A program made the position numbers and the translations under genes. A DNA stretch of 60,979 bases, the filler included, from Sphacelaria rigidula (Eukaryota), in NCBI GenBank assembly GCA_964200075.2. It is 9 parts of 9 records of this genome, joined end to end, with 100 filler letters (N's around TTAATTAATTAA, not from the genome) between each part and the next. Parts side by side here need not be neighbours in the genome. Positions count along the whole stretch, not along the records: positions 1 to 6,687 come from CAXNAA020018624.1; positions 6,788 to 13,474 come from CAXNAA020018625.1; 7 more parts are not named here. One strand, 5' to 3'. This document shows, piece by piece, positions 1 through 10,534 of this stretch (within the stretch, counting starts at the first letter, position 1; each line of letters begins with the position of its first letter). The notes beneath the pieces were generated by a model. The model saw nothing but the letters and a program-made list of their open reading frames with translations. It was not told the DNA's origin and did not search any database.

Positions 1-169
1 CAACAAATGCGGACCCCCCCCCCCCCCGGTATCGATCGAAGGCACTTGCGGACGGTACTTCCCTCGGGTTTTCGTCGCATACTGGTTAGCCTCCTCAAAC
101 CTCATTTCATTGATCAACCTCATTTTATAGCATCCTCTGTTAGAAGCAATGGAAGGAGAGACAGATCGA

Positions 170-3100
170 GGGCATTCATGACGACAAACACGGGAGTCGA
201 AGATGAGCGAGTAGTATCCATGCGCACGTCGACCAACAGTGACACACAGGTATCGATTCTCTTCGACTCGGGAGCGAATGTCCTGGGAAACACGATCTCA
301 GGAGCACGCGTACGGTTGGTCAAAGCTGTATATTTGGGAATAAGAGGCAGCTGCAGGCACTGGCAACGGGAGATATCTCATTACACGTGAGCGGTCGGGG
401 CAAGGAGGCTCCGGCGAAGGTCACACTGAACGACGTACTTTGAGTCCCTGGACTACCTTACCGGCTGCTGAGTACCAGAACGATTCGGCGTGACGGAGGA
501 GAATCCGTGGACTCCGGCAGGAAGGAAAGGTACTTTTTGTTCAGGAATGATGGGCCGAAGATCCTCCTAGCCGAGAATAGAGGGTTCTTGATCCTGTCGG
601 CATCGCTGCAGGGGGATGGTCAACATGCGGCGTCGGCGCACGCTTCGTTTGCAAACAAGAAGCAGAACCTCGCACTGAAGCAGTGTCACGACACCTTAGA
701 ACACATCAATCCGACTGCCATAAAATACCTCGAGAAGCGTGGGCTGATCGACATCGGTAATACTACGGTGGCGTCCGAGATGCGCTGCAGCATCTGCAAG
801 GAATGCAAGTCCGAGGCGCTCAGCTACGGCCGCTGCGGCAGGAGTCCCAAAGCCACAGATAAAGTTGTGTACACTGACCTTGAAGGGCCTTTCCACGCCG
901 ATGTCACGGGTATGAGTTGTTTTCAGGTTTTCGTCGATGAGGCCAGCCGAGACAAGCACGTTGTTGAACTCAAGACACGAGATGCTGCCACTGACGCCAT
1001 GGTAGCCTTCATCGACGCAATTGCCAGTTAGGCAGTGGCCATCAAACGCATCAGCGGAGACGGCGCTGGGGAACTTGGACTGTCAGTCAAATTTCAACGC
1101 ATGCTGACCAATCGCGGCAAGTGGCGCTGCTCACCGCCAAGGACACCGCAGAGTAATGGAATTGCTGAACGTGCAATTCAACAACTGATGAGGATAGCAC
1201 ATAGCCAACTGGTGAAAGCGGGACGCTGAGAGGACTTCTGGTTCTGGTTTTTCGTGTGGCGGACGCGGCATTCGAGACCGCAGGGATGCCCCACGAGTAC
1301 CTCGGGAACGAGACCCCATGTGAGAGGCTGACAGGGAGATTGTCAACTACGATCGGCTCCTTACGTGAGGATCCGGGCGTTTCGTGCACAAGCACGCGCC
1401 GCTGAAAATTTTCACCCATATGCGAAGCGAGGCATCTTGGTGGAGCACGACCGGCACTCTCTCTGCTGGTATGTACGGCTCATGCAGGAATCTAAGCTCG
1501 TTAAGTCTTCACACATCATCAAGTTTGAATCAGAGATCAAGGTCCTAGACGTCGTGGGGGAGCTAAAGGCTGTCTAACTCAGTGATGACGAGGACGAACC
1601 ATCGGAAGACGAGGAAGCAGCACCAATCGACGGTGATGACGACCCGGGTGGACAGCCACCACAGGACCCAACATAATCGAAACGCTCTTCTCCGGACAGT
1701 GGACTGAGCAGGTCCAGTCGACAAGCGCAACGGTATCGGGGGGACAACACACAGCAACGCTGTAGGAGTTCTGACGACAGAAGTTCCGATGACGGAACTT
1801 TCCTCGCTGCCCTTCTACAAAATCAAGACGAAGACGCACTCTGCATTCTAGGATTGGTAGGCGAAATCGCCACGGGACCAGAAGAACCCTCGGCCACGAC
1901 AGAAGCTGTGGCAGGGCCCGGCGCTGACAGATAGAAAGAGGCCATGGAAGATCAAATTACAGGCCTTTGAGGTCAAGGGACGTTCACCGACGAATCTCTA
2001 TCGCACGACAAGATGCCAGTCGAGACTAGATTAATACACAATATCGAATGCACGGCCGACGGAGCAGTAGAGAGATATATTGCTCGACTCGGGGCTCGCG
2101 GGTTCACTCAGCGCAAGGGAATCGACTTCTTCAAAAGTTTAGCCCGGTCGTAGGCTTCGACGTCATGCGCATTGTTCTAGCGACAGCTGTTCTGCACGAA
2201 TGGAGGGTTGAAATGCTGGATTTCACGCAGGCATACCTAAACACACCTCTTCTGGAGCACATCTGGATACAGTTGCCCGACAAGAGCGTGGTCAAGGCGA
2301 ACAAGGCCCTTCATAACTTGAGGCAGTCCGCCGTACAATGGTTCAAGGGATTGAGGAGGACGATACTCACCGAAGACTGGCACAGCAGCCACTACGACGA
2401 ATGCCTCTACAACCGTCAGGCCAAAGATGGTTACGCCGCTGCCCTGATCACCTGCGTGGACAACGTCCTATTCTCGGGTGACTACACCGAGGAGGTTCAG
2501 CGTATGTAGACGTGCATCTTGGCGAGATACAAGGATCGGGACGTGGGCGTGCCCGACAACCTTCTCGGTGTCGGTATCACTGTGGCCCGTCACAGCATCA
2601 CTCAAAACCAACGCGCCTATGCCGAGAGCATCGTCGTTGAAGGAATGGGCTCGACAAAAGTGCGGAAAACCTGTATGCCTCTCCACCAAGGTACGGACCT
2701 GTGAGAGCGGAAAGTAGGTGAAGGGGAGCTAGACTCCTTTCAGTTCCCGTCAGCAAGGATTCGCAGAAAGTTAATGTTTCTCGCAGGAATGACACGGCCT
2801 GATCTCCCCAACAGTGTCCGAGAGCTAAGGCGCCGGGTCGCCTCTCCCTGCCTACGATACTGGCGGGGACTACAACACGTTCTTCGCTACCTAGCTGATA
2901 CGCTTGACGTCTGCCTACGATATGTTATGGGCACCGTGACGATCGAGAAGGCACTGGTGGGCTATGCGGACTGGATCTGGGCGAATGATGCCGAACACGC
3001 AGGAGCGTCACGGGATACCTCCTGCTACTGAACAAGTCTCCGATAGTGAGGAGATCCAAACTACAGGTACCCGTAACTCTTTCTTCTTCAGAAGCCGTAT

Positions 3101-3200
3101 AGGCGGCTATGGCACAGGGTATGCATCGACATATCTCCATTCGGGGTATTCTGGAAGAGATGGGACTTCCACAGGACACCAGTGTATATTTTTCGACAAT
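170..3200 (+). mobile_element. Degenerate Ty1/copia LTR retrotransposon internal region (protease-integrase-RT-RNase H), many stops and frameshifts
   Basis: Protease LFDSGA (~260) and VTLNDVL*VPGL; pre-integrase HDTLEH...CSICKECK; integrase YTDLEGP, SGDGAGE, PRTPQSNGIAER; RT FSPVV, LDFTQAYLN, KALHNLRQS, CVDNVL (decayed YVDD); RNase H LVGYAD..WAND. Integrase precedes RT, the copia order. Ends approximate; no LTR seen. Confidence 0.93.
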
Positions 3201-3442
3201 CGTGGCGCCAGCTAGGCGACTACGAGCTGGGCCAGCTGATAGTGATTCTTGCAATAATCCTGGCGATGCGATGTGTAAGTCGGAGAGCTACGCTCTGAAA
3301 TTTTGACACGACATTTCTATCATCACCTCGGGCAACATAACTGGGGATGCAGAGGAAAAACAAAAAGGAATTTAGAGCTAGTTGAAGTCTCAGCAAAACA
3401 AAGGGAAAACACTATAACTCCGTGAAAAACCGATATACGGCT

Positions 3443-3701
3443 TGTGACGCCAGCAGGTTGCTAGTACTGCGACATCCAAATGCTGTTGAGGGATTCCCTA
3501 GTTCCACTGGCCTCAAGGTTTCAGTTGTCGGCCTTCACAACACCTTGCCATTCCTGGAGTGCCTCCCAAGCACATATGCTCCATAACCCACATCAGGGTA
3601 ACATGCCTGTGTCCATGTCATCACCCATCTAATCACTACAGATCCCAAGTCATCATCCAATCATCACCATCTACTCAACGCGAAGGCGTGATTTCGTCAC
3701 A
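3443..3701 (-). repeat. 3' LTR of gypsy family A (259 bp)
   Basis: TGTGACG...CGTCACA termini; both ends align with the LTR at 38649-38897; adjacent to the PPT. Confidence 0.9.
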
Positions 3702-5393
3702 GCACCCCCAAAGTGCGTTGGACGAGAATCGAGCAACAAGCTTGACACCCAAAAATATAACGCCTAAACAATTGAGCAAGTCACGACTGAATCCCAAACT
3801 CACGCGTAATGCGAGCAGCAATGGAGCGAGTCACTCGCACCTTACGCAACACCTTCTTGAGAAATTCCGGAGCTGCCTCCAAAAATATTTTGAAAAGACT
3901 CCCACGTACGCTCCTCGGCTTCAAGACCAACCCAGTCGACCAATACGATCAACGAACGATCCTCTGCCTCTGCCACGCGAACAATCCCAGTCATCTAAAA
4001 TTGCCCCTGGTTGAAAGCGTGCTGGAACACATCCTTCACATCTGCCGTAACAATAAGCTGCGAGTCTGCATGAAAACGCAGACAAGCTACATGAGCGGTA
4101 TGAGCATGACCTGAAACAATGTTTTGGATATCAAAAACATGTGGGTGGTGAGCACCAACCACTCTCCACGGACCAGTCCACGCCACCATCGACTTGGGCG
4201 TGACTCACGGGCGACGCACGCGTGGATACAAAACATAATCGCCTACTCCGAAATTCGGCAATTCCAGCCCCGACGAAGACCCCTCATGTTTACGCGCACG
4301 TTCAGGGCCAACACGCTCCTGCACTTGAACGTGGAAACGTCCTTGCAAGTCCAAGACTCCTTGCAATGCACTCTTAATTTGAACATCGTCCAGAACATCA
4401 CACTTCCATTTCCCCACCGACGAGGACGCCAGCACCGAGAAAGACGTCCGAGGAGCATGGCCAAACATCACGTGGTACGGCGTACTATCGTAACGACGAC
4501 GATACGCTGTATTTAGCGCCAATTGCACCGCGGGCAACACGTCCCCCCACTCGGCCACCTCTCGACGCTGCTCGAGAAGAATAGAGCGAGGAGCACGAAC
4601 TACTTCCTTTACCATGCGTTCGCGCGTACCGTTAGACCACGGAGAATACGCTACCGCAAACTGGTGATCAACGCGCTAAGCCTCTCGCAACCGAGCCAAA
4701 ATCGCATTCTTGAAATGCGTGGTGGTATCACTCACCCACACACGGGGCACCCCCAAAGTTTTGCACCAATTCAGCAAAGACGCGGCGGTCGATTCAGCAG
4801 TACACACTGCTACTACTGGTTCCAGAGCCACAGAATTGCTCAAATCATCCATGATTACCAAAATGTATCGGAACCCAGCATCCTCCGACAAACCTTGGGA
4901 AGCTAGCGGGCCACTCTCGCCCACGTGCAAGAAGTCAAAATGAACGACTTCATTCGGCGTGGTCCCATGAACCGTTTCGCCGAGCGGGCGGGGAAGAACA
5001 TCGCCGCCCTCGAGTCAGCACAGTGAAGACACTGGCGGACAACTTCGCGCACATGAGTTTGTATCCCCTGCCAGACACAAAACTCTTGCAAGCGCACGAG
5101 CGTCGCAGCCACTCCACGATGCCCGGCGTCGCGCATGTGCGCGCAAATCATCAGACGTACCTGCAACTGCTTGTCAGAGCTTGGAACCCACGAAACGTTT
5201 CGGCCACGTACATGCACGCGAAACAGATCTTCATTCTCTAAGACAGCAGTACTAACGTCCGACTCGAAAGATTGTAGGTTCGCATCTTCGGCCCCAAGGT
5301 CTTTTCGTTGCGCTTGGCGCACAACAGATTTGGACGGCATCGAGTCATCAGGTTCATACGGACCATACACAGCCACGGCGCGCGCAGGCAAAG

Positions 5394-5645
5394 GACTAAT
5401 GCCGAGATAACACCCCCACAAAAAGTGCACCGGATACCGTCCGACAAACCGGCTGCGATTCCACTTTTGCGCTCGTTTGCAGCAATTTCTCCCACATGAG
5501 AGGCGTGTAGCAGTCCGAATTCAGCTATAATAACGCCCACACGAGTGGCGTTGTGCAGCACGAAACCAACTCAAACGGCATTTTTGACCATTGCCTCCGT
5601 GCACTTTTTTGGCCGGTTCGGGGGGGGGCTATCTCGGCAGCAGTC
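5394..5645. mobile_element. 252-bp MITE with GACTAATGCCGAGAT TIR and 4-bp TSD (AAAG), inserted in gypsy A pol
   Basis: Gypsy copy 2 has the empty site ggcAAAGtggg (~34945-34955). Here: ggcAAAG[GACTAATGCCGAGATA...TATCTCGGCAGCAGTC]AAAGtggg. About 190 bp match 42052-42244 in reverse. Confidence 0.9.
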
Positions 5646-6687
5646 AAAGTGGGAATATTGACCCGCAACGGCAAGTCACCCCACGCGTTAAATATGACAA
5701 ATCTTGTACCGATACTGTCCTAATAAACTTTTCCACCCCTCCGATCGCTGTGCCAACGCCTTCGACACAGACGTCACGCATGCCTCCGGGTTTGAAATGT
5801 ACGCTAGATTTCGGTGATCCGTGAAAATGTGTACGTCATTCGACAATAGATGCTCGAGACGACGGAAAGTGCTCACGATAGCAAAATCTTCCTTCTCGAT
5901 GATTGCCCAACGCATCTGTGAACCCTTGAAATTTCCACTCAGAAAAGCCAGCGGTTCATGCGTCATGTCTTCAACCGGCAACCGTTGTTGAATATCCGCA
6001 TCAGGTACCTGCGTTACAAGACTACACCAATGGCACTTAAATGCATCCGGAAACATTGACACCTGACACCCAGGACGAGGATGGAGCAGCGTCACGGCAT
6101 GAGCCACCAGATCCTTCGCCGCCGCCCACGCCTGCAGCCTGCCCTCCGTCCACGATGCAGCCTTCTTCGGGAACGCCATATCTGGACTGGACCACCACGC
6201 CTGCAAATGCCGTAACACCAATCCGAGCGCCAAAAGAGCCACCATGCACAACGCCAACCAACTCGACTTCACTGGATCGTACCGCCACGGCTTCGTCTTC
6301 ACCGCGGAAGCTCCAGGTTTCAGCTGAACACGCATGGGCTCCACGCGCGCAGGGGGATCACCCCGCAGAGCACGACGAAACGCGTTGACGCGGTGATGCA
6401 AGATGCCGCGCAGGCGCTCCGCTTTTGGGACGCTGAGGCCTTTCGCCCTAGCATCCGTCACGCTCTCCTCCAGCGCGACTTTCCGAGCGGACTCCTCTTC
6501 CGCCGGGTCCATGAAGATGTCCGGGCCGCGCTCTACTAAGCGTTCCACCGCCGCATCCCGCTCCTCGGTCACCTGCCCTCTAGCCCCCTGAAAAGCATCC
6601 ACCGACAAGCTCACGCGACGTCTGCTCGAAAAGCCGGGCGTCTCCACGTGCGGACCAGGCGGAGACATCCGCGTCTTGATGGAGTCC

Positions 6688-6787
6688 NNNNNNNNNNNNN
6701 NNNNNNNNNNNNNNNNNNNNNNNNNNNNNNNTTAATTAATTAANNNNNNNNNNNNNNNNNNNNNNNNNNNNNNNNNNNNNNNNNNNN
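6688..6787. other. Artificial contig spacer (N44-TTAATTAATTAA-N44); identical spacers at 13475-13574, 20262-20361, 27049-27148, 33836-33935, 40622-40721, 47408-47507, 54194-54293
   Basis: Each is 100 bp with a six-frame stop linker in the middle; the segments between them are 6687 or 6686 bp in descending order. Confidence 0.98.
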
Positions 6788-6845
6788 GGGGGGTGGGGGG
6801 GGGGGGGCGGGGGGGGGGGGTGTGGGGCCTAGCTCGGCATTAGTC
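6788..6845. mobile_element. End of a GACTA-family DNA transposon (G-rich subterminus plus CTCGGCATTAGTC) abutting the gypsy B RT
   Basis: 6833-6845 is the exact reverse complement of GACTAATGCCGAG and is followed directly by RT codons (NLKLAPSK). Confidence 0.8.
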
Positions 6846-9800
6846 ACAACTTGAAACTCGCACCCTCCAAATCCCGCATTGGCGCCACGAAGATTGAGTT
6901 CTTGGGTCATTACATCACCCCCGAAGGTCATAGCCCAAACCTCGACAAAGTCGCCGCACTTTCCGATATGCCCATGCCACGGGACATTTCTCAACTGCGT
7001 TCCTTGTTGGGAGGTCCAAGCTACTACAGACACTACTTGCCAAACCTTGCCCAAGCGCTCAAACCCCTCACCATCCTCCTCAAAAAAGGGGTGAAATTTG
7101 TGTTCACATTGAAAATGGAAAAAACCGTCCGCCGCCTCCTCGACACCCTTTCACGCCCGCCGATTCTCGTCTTCCCCGACTGGTCGGCCGCGGAGCAGGG
7201 TTCCCGCCCTTTCCAGCTCCATACAGATTCTTCCAAAATTGGGTTTGGCTGCACATTAGAACAGGAGCAAGTCGATGCTACGGTCCGTCTCATTGTCTAT
7301 CTGAGTCGCACCACTTTTCCGAATGAACAGAATTGGTCTGTCATGGAACAAGAGGCCGGCGCAGTTGTTTGGGGCGTGCGACGTCTGCGTCAGTATTTGT
7401 ATGGCATCCCGTTCATGCTTTATACCGACCACAAGTCTTTGGAAAGCCTTGCCAAAATGGCGGAACACAACGCTAGGGCCCAACGCTGGTTCGAAATCCT
7501 GTCGTCTTACAACTTTCAACTGAAGTACCGCACAGATCCCCAGAATACAAACGCCGACCTCCTGTCACGCTTGCCCACACCAGCTCAACCTATCGATGAA
7601 TCCCCCATGGGACGTATCACCGATCCCACCGAAGGCATTGTATATTTCATAACCAGGAATGGCCATAGAGGTCTCTACACATCACTTTCACTGAGAGAAA
7701 CGCCAGCTTTAGGCATGGGTGGGCTGACGACCACAGCCCACGCATCAGTCCTCGGCAGCTTGCAACCTCAATCGTTGTACTCAGTTCGGAATGGACTGTC
7801 TACGAATACTGTTGACTATGATCATTTTCGTGCAACTGGCCAGCGCATGGTTTTCGCAGCAGGTGTAGAACCGTCCTTTGCTGACTCTGTCTTATCAGTT
7901 CAAGTTCGAGATCTGATTTCGAGTAGGACTCGTGGACGGCGAACCGCCGAAACGGCCACCAAATTAGCCGTATCTGGTCCTGACCTTCCCCCCCCCTGCC
8001 CCCCCCCCCCGGTCCCCGATAGTTTTCTTGCGCCCCCGCAGCCTCCGCGACGCAAGGCCCCAAGAAAATCGACCCCGACCGTGCTGCCCCTGCCAACCAT
8101 AGCCGAAACCACGGCTGTGCCCCTCTCCCTTGGTGATGATATTGCAAACACCACCACTACACCCTCCATTCTAATCGACGCAGGAGTAGACGTTCACGTT
8201 CCGTCTGAGAGTACACCAACTGGTAGGCTCACCCTTGATTCCGAAATCACCTTCGTGCCAACCCCGCCCCAAACCAACCCCACACGAAGTAGACGCTTCA
8301 ACAGAGAGCGTATTCAAGGAACGTTTGACTTTCTTCTCCCACGCCGATTGGGCCCGGGAACAACAGGCAGAACCTGCTTGTAAATCAGCTATCCATTATC
8401 CATGTAAAGGTTGTCCATGTCGACTCTCAGAAACCGAATTCCTTTTGCCGGTCTAGAATCTCGAAGCACCCACACAGGATGAAGTTACTGAACTTTCAAG
8501 GAAAGGTATGCTACATACGGATGATGATGGTATAGTTCTATTGGTTCGCCGACCCACAGCAGCCCTCCCCAGGGGAAGCCTACAAGTCGACATGCCCGCT
8601 TGCTAGGTCATGAACCCGTCCGCATCTATTTCCCGATGCTCCTGCGCCCATGGGTTCTACACGAATGCCATTCGCAGGCATTGACTCATTAAGGCGCCAT
8701 TAGGACCTCCCAGATGTTGGAACGTCTTTATTGGTGGATTTGTATGGATCAGTGTTGTCGTTGGTGGGTGAAGCATTGTCTTTTGTGTCAGGCGCGAAAA
8801 ACTTCACGTCAAACAGTTCGTTGGCCGATTGTTTCCATGCCACTCCCAAACGGGCCTGGCGAGATAGTTTCGTGGGACTATTTTGGTTCTTTGCCCCTGA
8901 CGGATAGTGGGAATAAGTATATTTTGTTGTTTACGAATAGATTTAGTCGACATGCGGTGATGCACGCCGTTCCCCCCAGTAGTTATACCGCGGAAGGTAC
9001 CGCCAACATTCTTGTATACATGTACATCCCACTGTGGGGTGTGCCCAAACGCTTACTGCCTGACAACGGCCCGCATTTTTCAGGCAAACTTTCTGCCGCC
9101 GTCCGTGACCTTTTGAGCGCCCATCGTATTTTCACTAGTTCATATCATCTTTCCACCAGTGGTGGAACGGGACGAGTGAACCATACGATGGCACAGATGC
9201 TTGCTGCTGTAGCAAATGAGAGACAGATGGACTGGGATCTGCACCTGCCCCTTGTCCAGATGAACTACAACAATTCAGTCAATGCCGCCACGGGATTGTC
9301 GCCGAATGAAATTGATATTGAACGCATGCCTACTAGGTTACCTTTAACAGTATTAGAACGCAAAAATACAGGTGGACATCAGAGTCTGGATCGTGATGTC
9401 GCAGAGTATCATTTGTCGGTTAGCAATCGTCTGCGTCTTGCATATGAAGTGGTACGAGAACAGAACCAAATCAATTTGGCCAAGGTGGTCAGGGCGAACT
9501 CGATGTAGGATGATGTAGTGCATAACCGCCCGGTGTGGAAGGTAGGCCAATGGGCATGGGTGTATAACGATGTCAAGACCATCAATCAAGGGGCTACCTC
9601 GAAATCATCGTCTTTGGATAAAGTGTTGAAGGCGAAACTATCATTGAATTGGACTGGTCCTTGGGAAATTTTAGCTGTTGGTCTAAGCGCTACCGCACCC
9701 GACAAGAGTCCGGTGAGAGCAAAACTTTCTTTTTTAGATTTTCCCACGGATGAACCTGGTTTGAAACCGAACAATCGTGTCTCGATGCTCCGATGCAAAC

Positions 9801-10534
9801 CGTGTATCCCCCCTCATGATTCCTCTGACATACCCAAACAACTGTCGATAGGGCTTAGCCAGTATGTGTTGACCAAGTATACGATCAAACCTCCGCCGTA
9901 TCATATGACGGTCGAGGATGCGGACGCAGCCCTGGAATGCGTTGAGGTAGATAGGATTTCGGGTCATCAACTGGTTCGTGGTCGTGGAGGTAAGATAGCG
10001 GTAATGTATCGAACACATTGGAATGGTATCATGCGTGTTACATGGGAGCGTGAAATTGATTTGCGTCATTTTCATCGGGAAATATTGCTGTACTGGGTAG
10101 GAGATACCGTCCAACACCGCCCGTTGAATAAGAGATATCGGTCTATGCGCAAGGGAGCTGCCGCTCAGGAACTGGCACGTGAACACTCAGCGCGGTTTGT
10201 TGCGGCAGGCTATAGCCTTTTTTCACGTTCACAATACCTGCGGTGTTTTCACGGAAAACGATTGCCGAACGGGGCGTATTTTTGGTATAAGGCCTTGGAT
10301 TCACTGTGGTGGTTGGGTAAAATTGATTTGGTCGATCCTGCGTCTGACCACTCCTACTTTATCCGTTTCCTTGATGACCCGAGCCCCCTTACGATTCGCT
10401 TGGATGATGCTTACTACACCGAGGAGCCGACCGCTCGGAGGGGGTCCTGGTGCCTCCAACGACACGACCATGGCGAACTCGAAACAGCCGTTCTACGTAA
10501 CACGGACACCGCGTGGGATGCAGCTGAGTCATGA
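6846..10534 (+). pseudogene. Gypsy B pol remnant (RT thumb, RNase H, Pro-rich linker, integrase, chromodomain 9941-10096, Tudor/PWWP-like 10262-10460)
   Basis: IEFLGH, LRSLLG, LHTDSS, LYTDHKSL, NADLLSR; LHECH...YWW...CLLCQARK; SWDYFG, PDNGPHF; NWTGPW. A few stops and frameshifts (~8250-8700, 9506). Confidence 0.92.

Larger units (their letters stand above)
3443..6687 (-). mobile_element. Ty3/gypsy family A, copy 1 (3' part): RT-deleted pol remnant, RNase H, integrase, chromodomain, PPT, 3' LTR
   Basis: Minus-strand RNase H (FPDA, IFTDHRNL); integrase zinc finger (AHMRDAGH...CLHC) and core (VSDTTTHF); WTGPW; chromodomain ~3850-4000 (VLVDWVGLEAEERTWE); G-rich PPT-like tract 3702-3712 abutting the LTR. 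Homologous to 33936-36670. Confidence 0.95.

Noticed and set aside
6732..6743. Palindromic TTAATTAATTAA recurring every ~6.8 kb as a biological site or piggyBac TSD
   Set aside because: Always centred in N runs; it is a synthetic six-frame stop linker.
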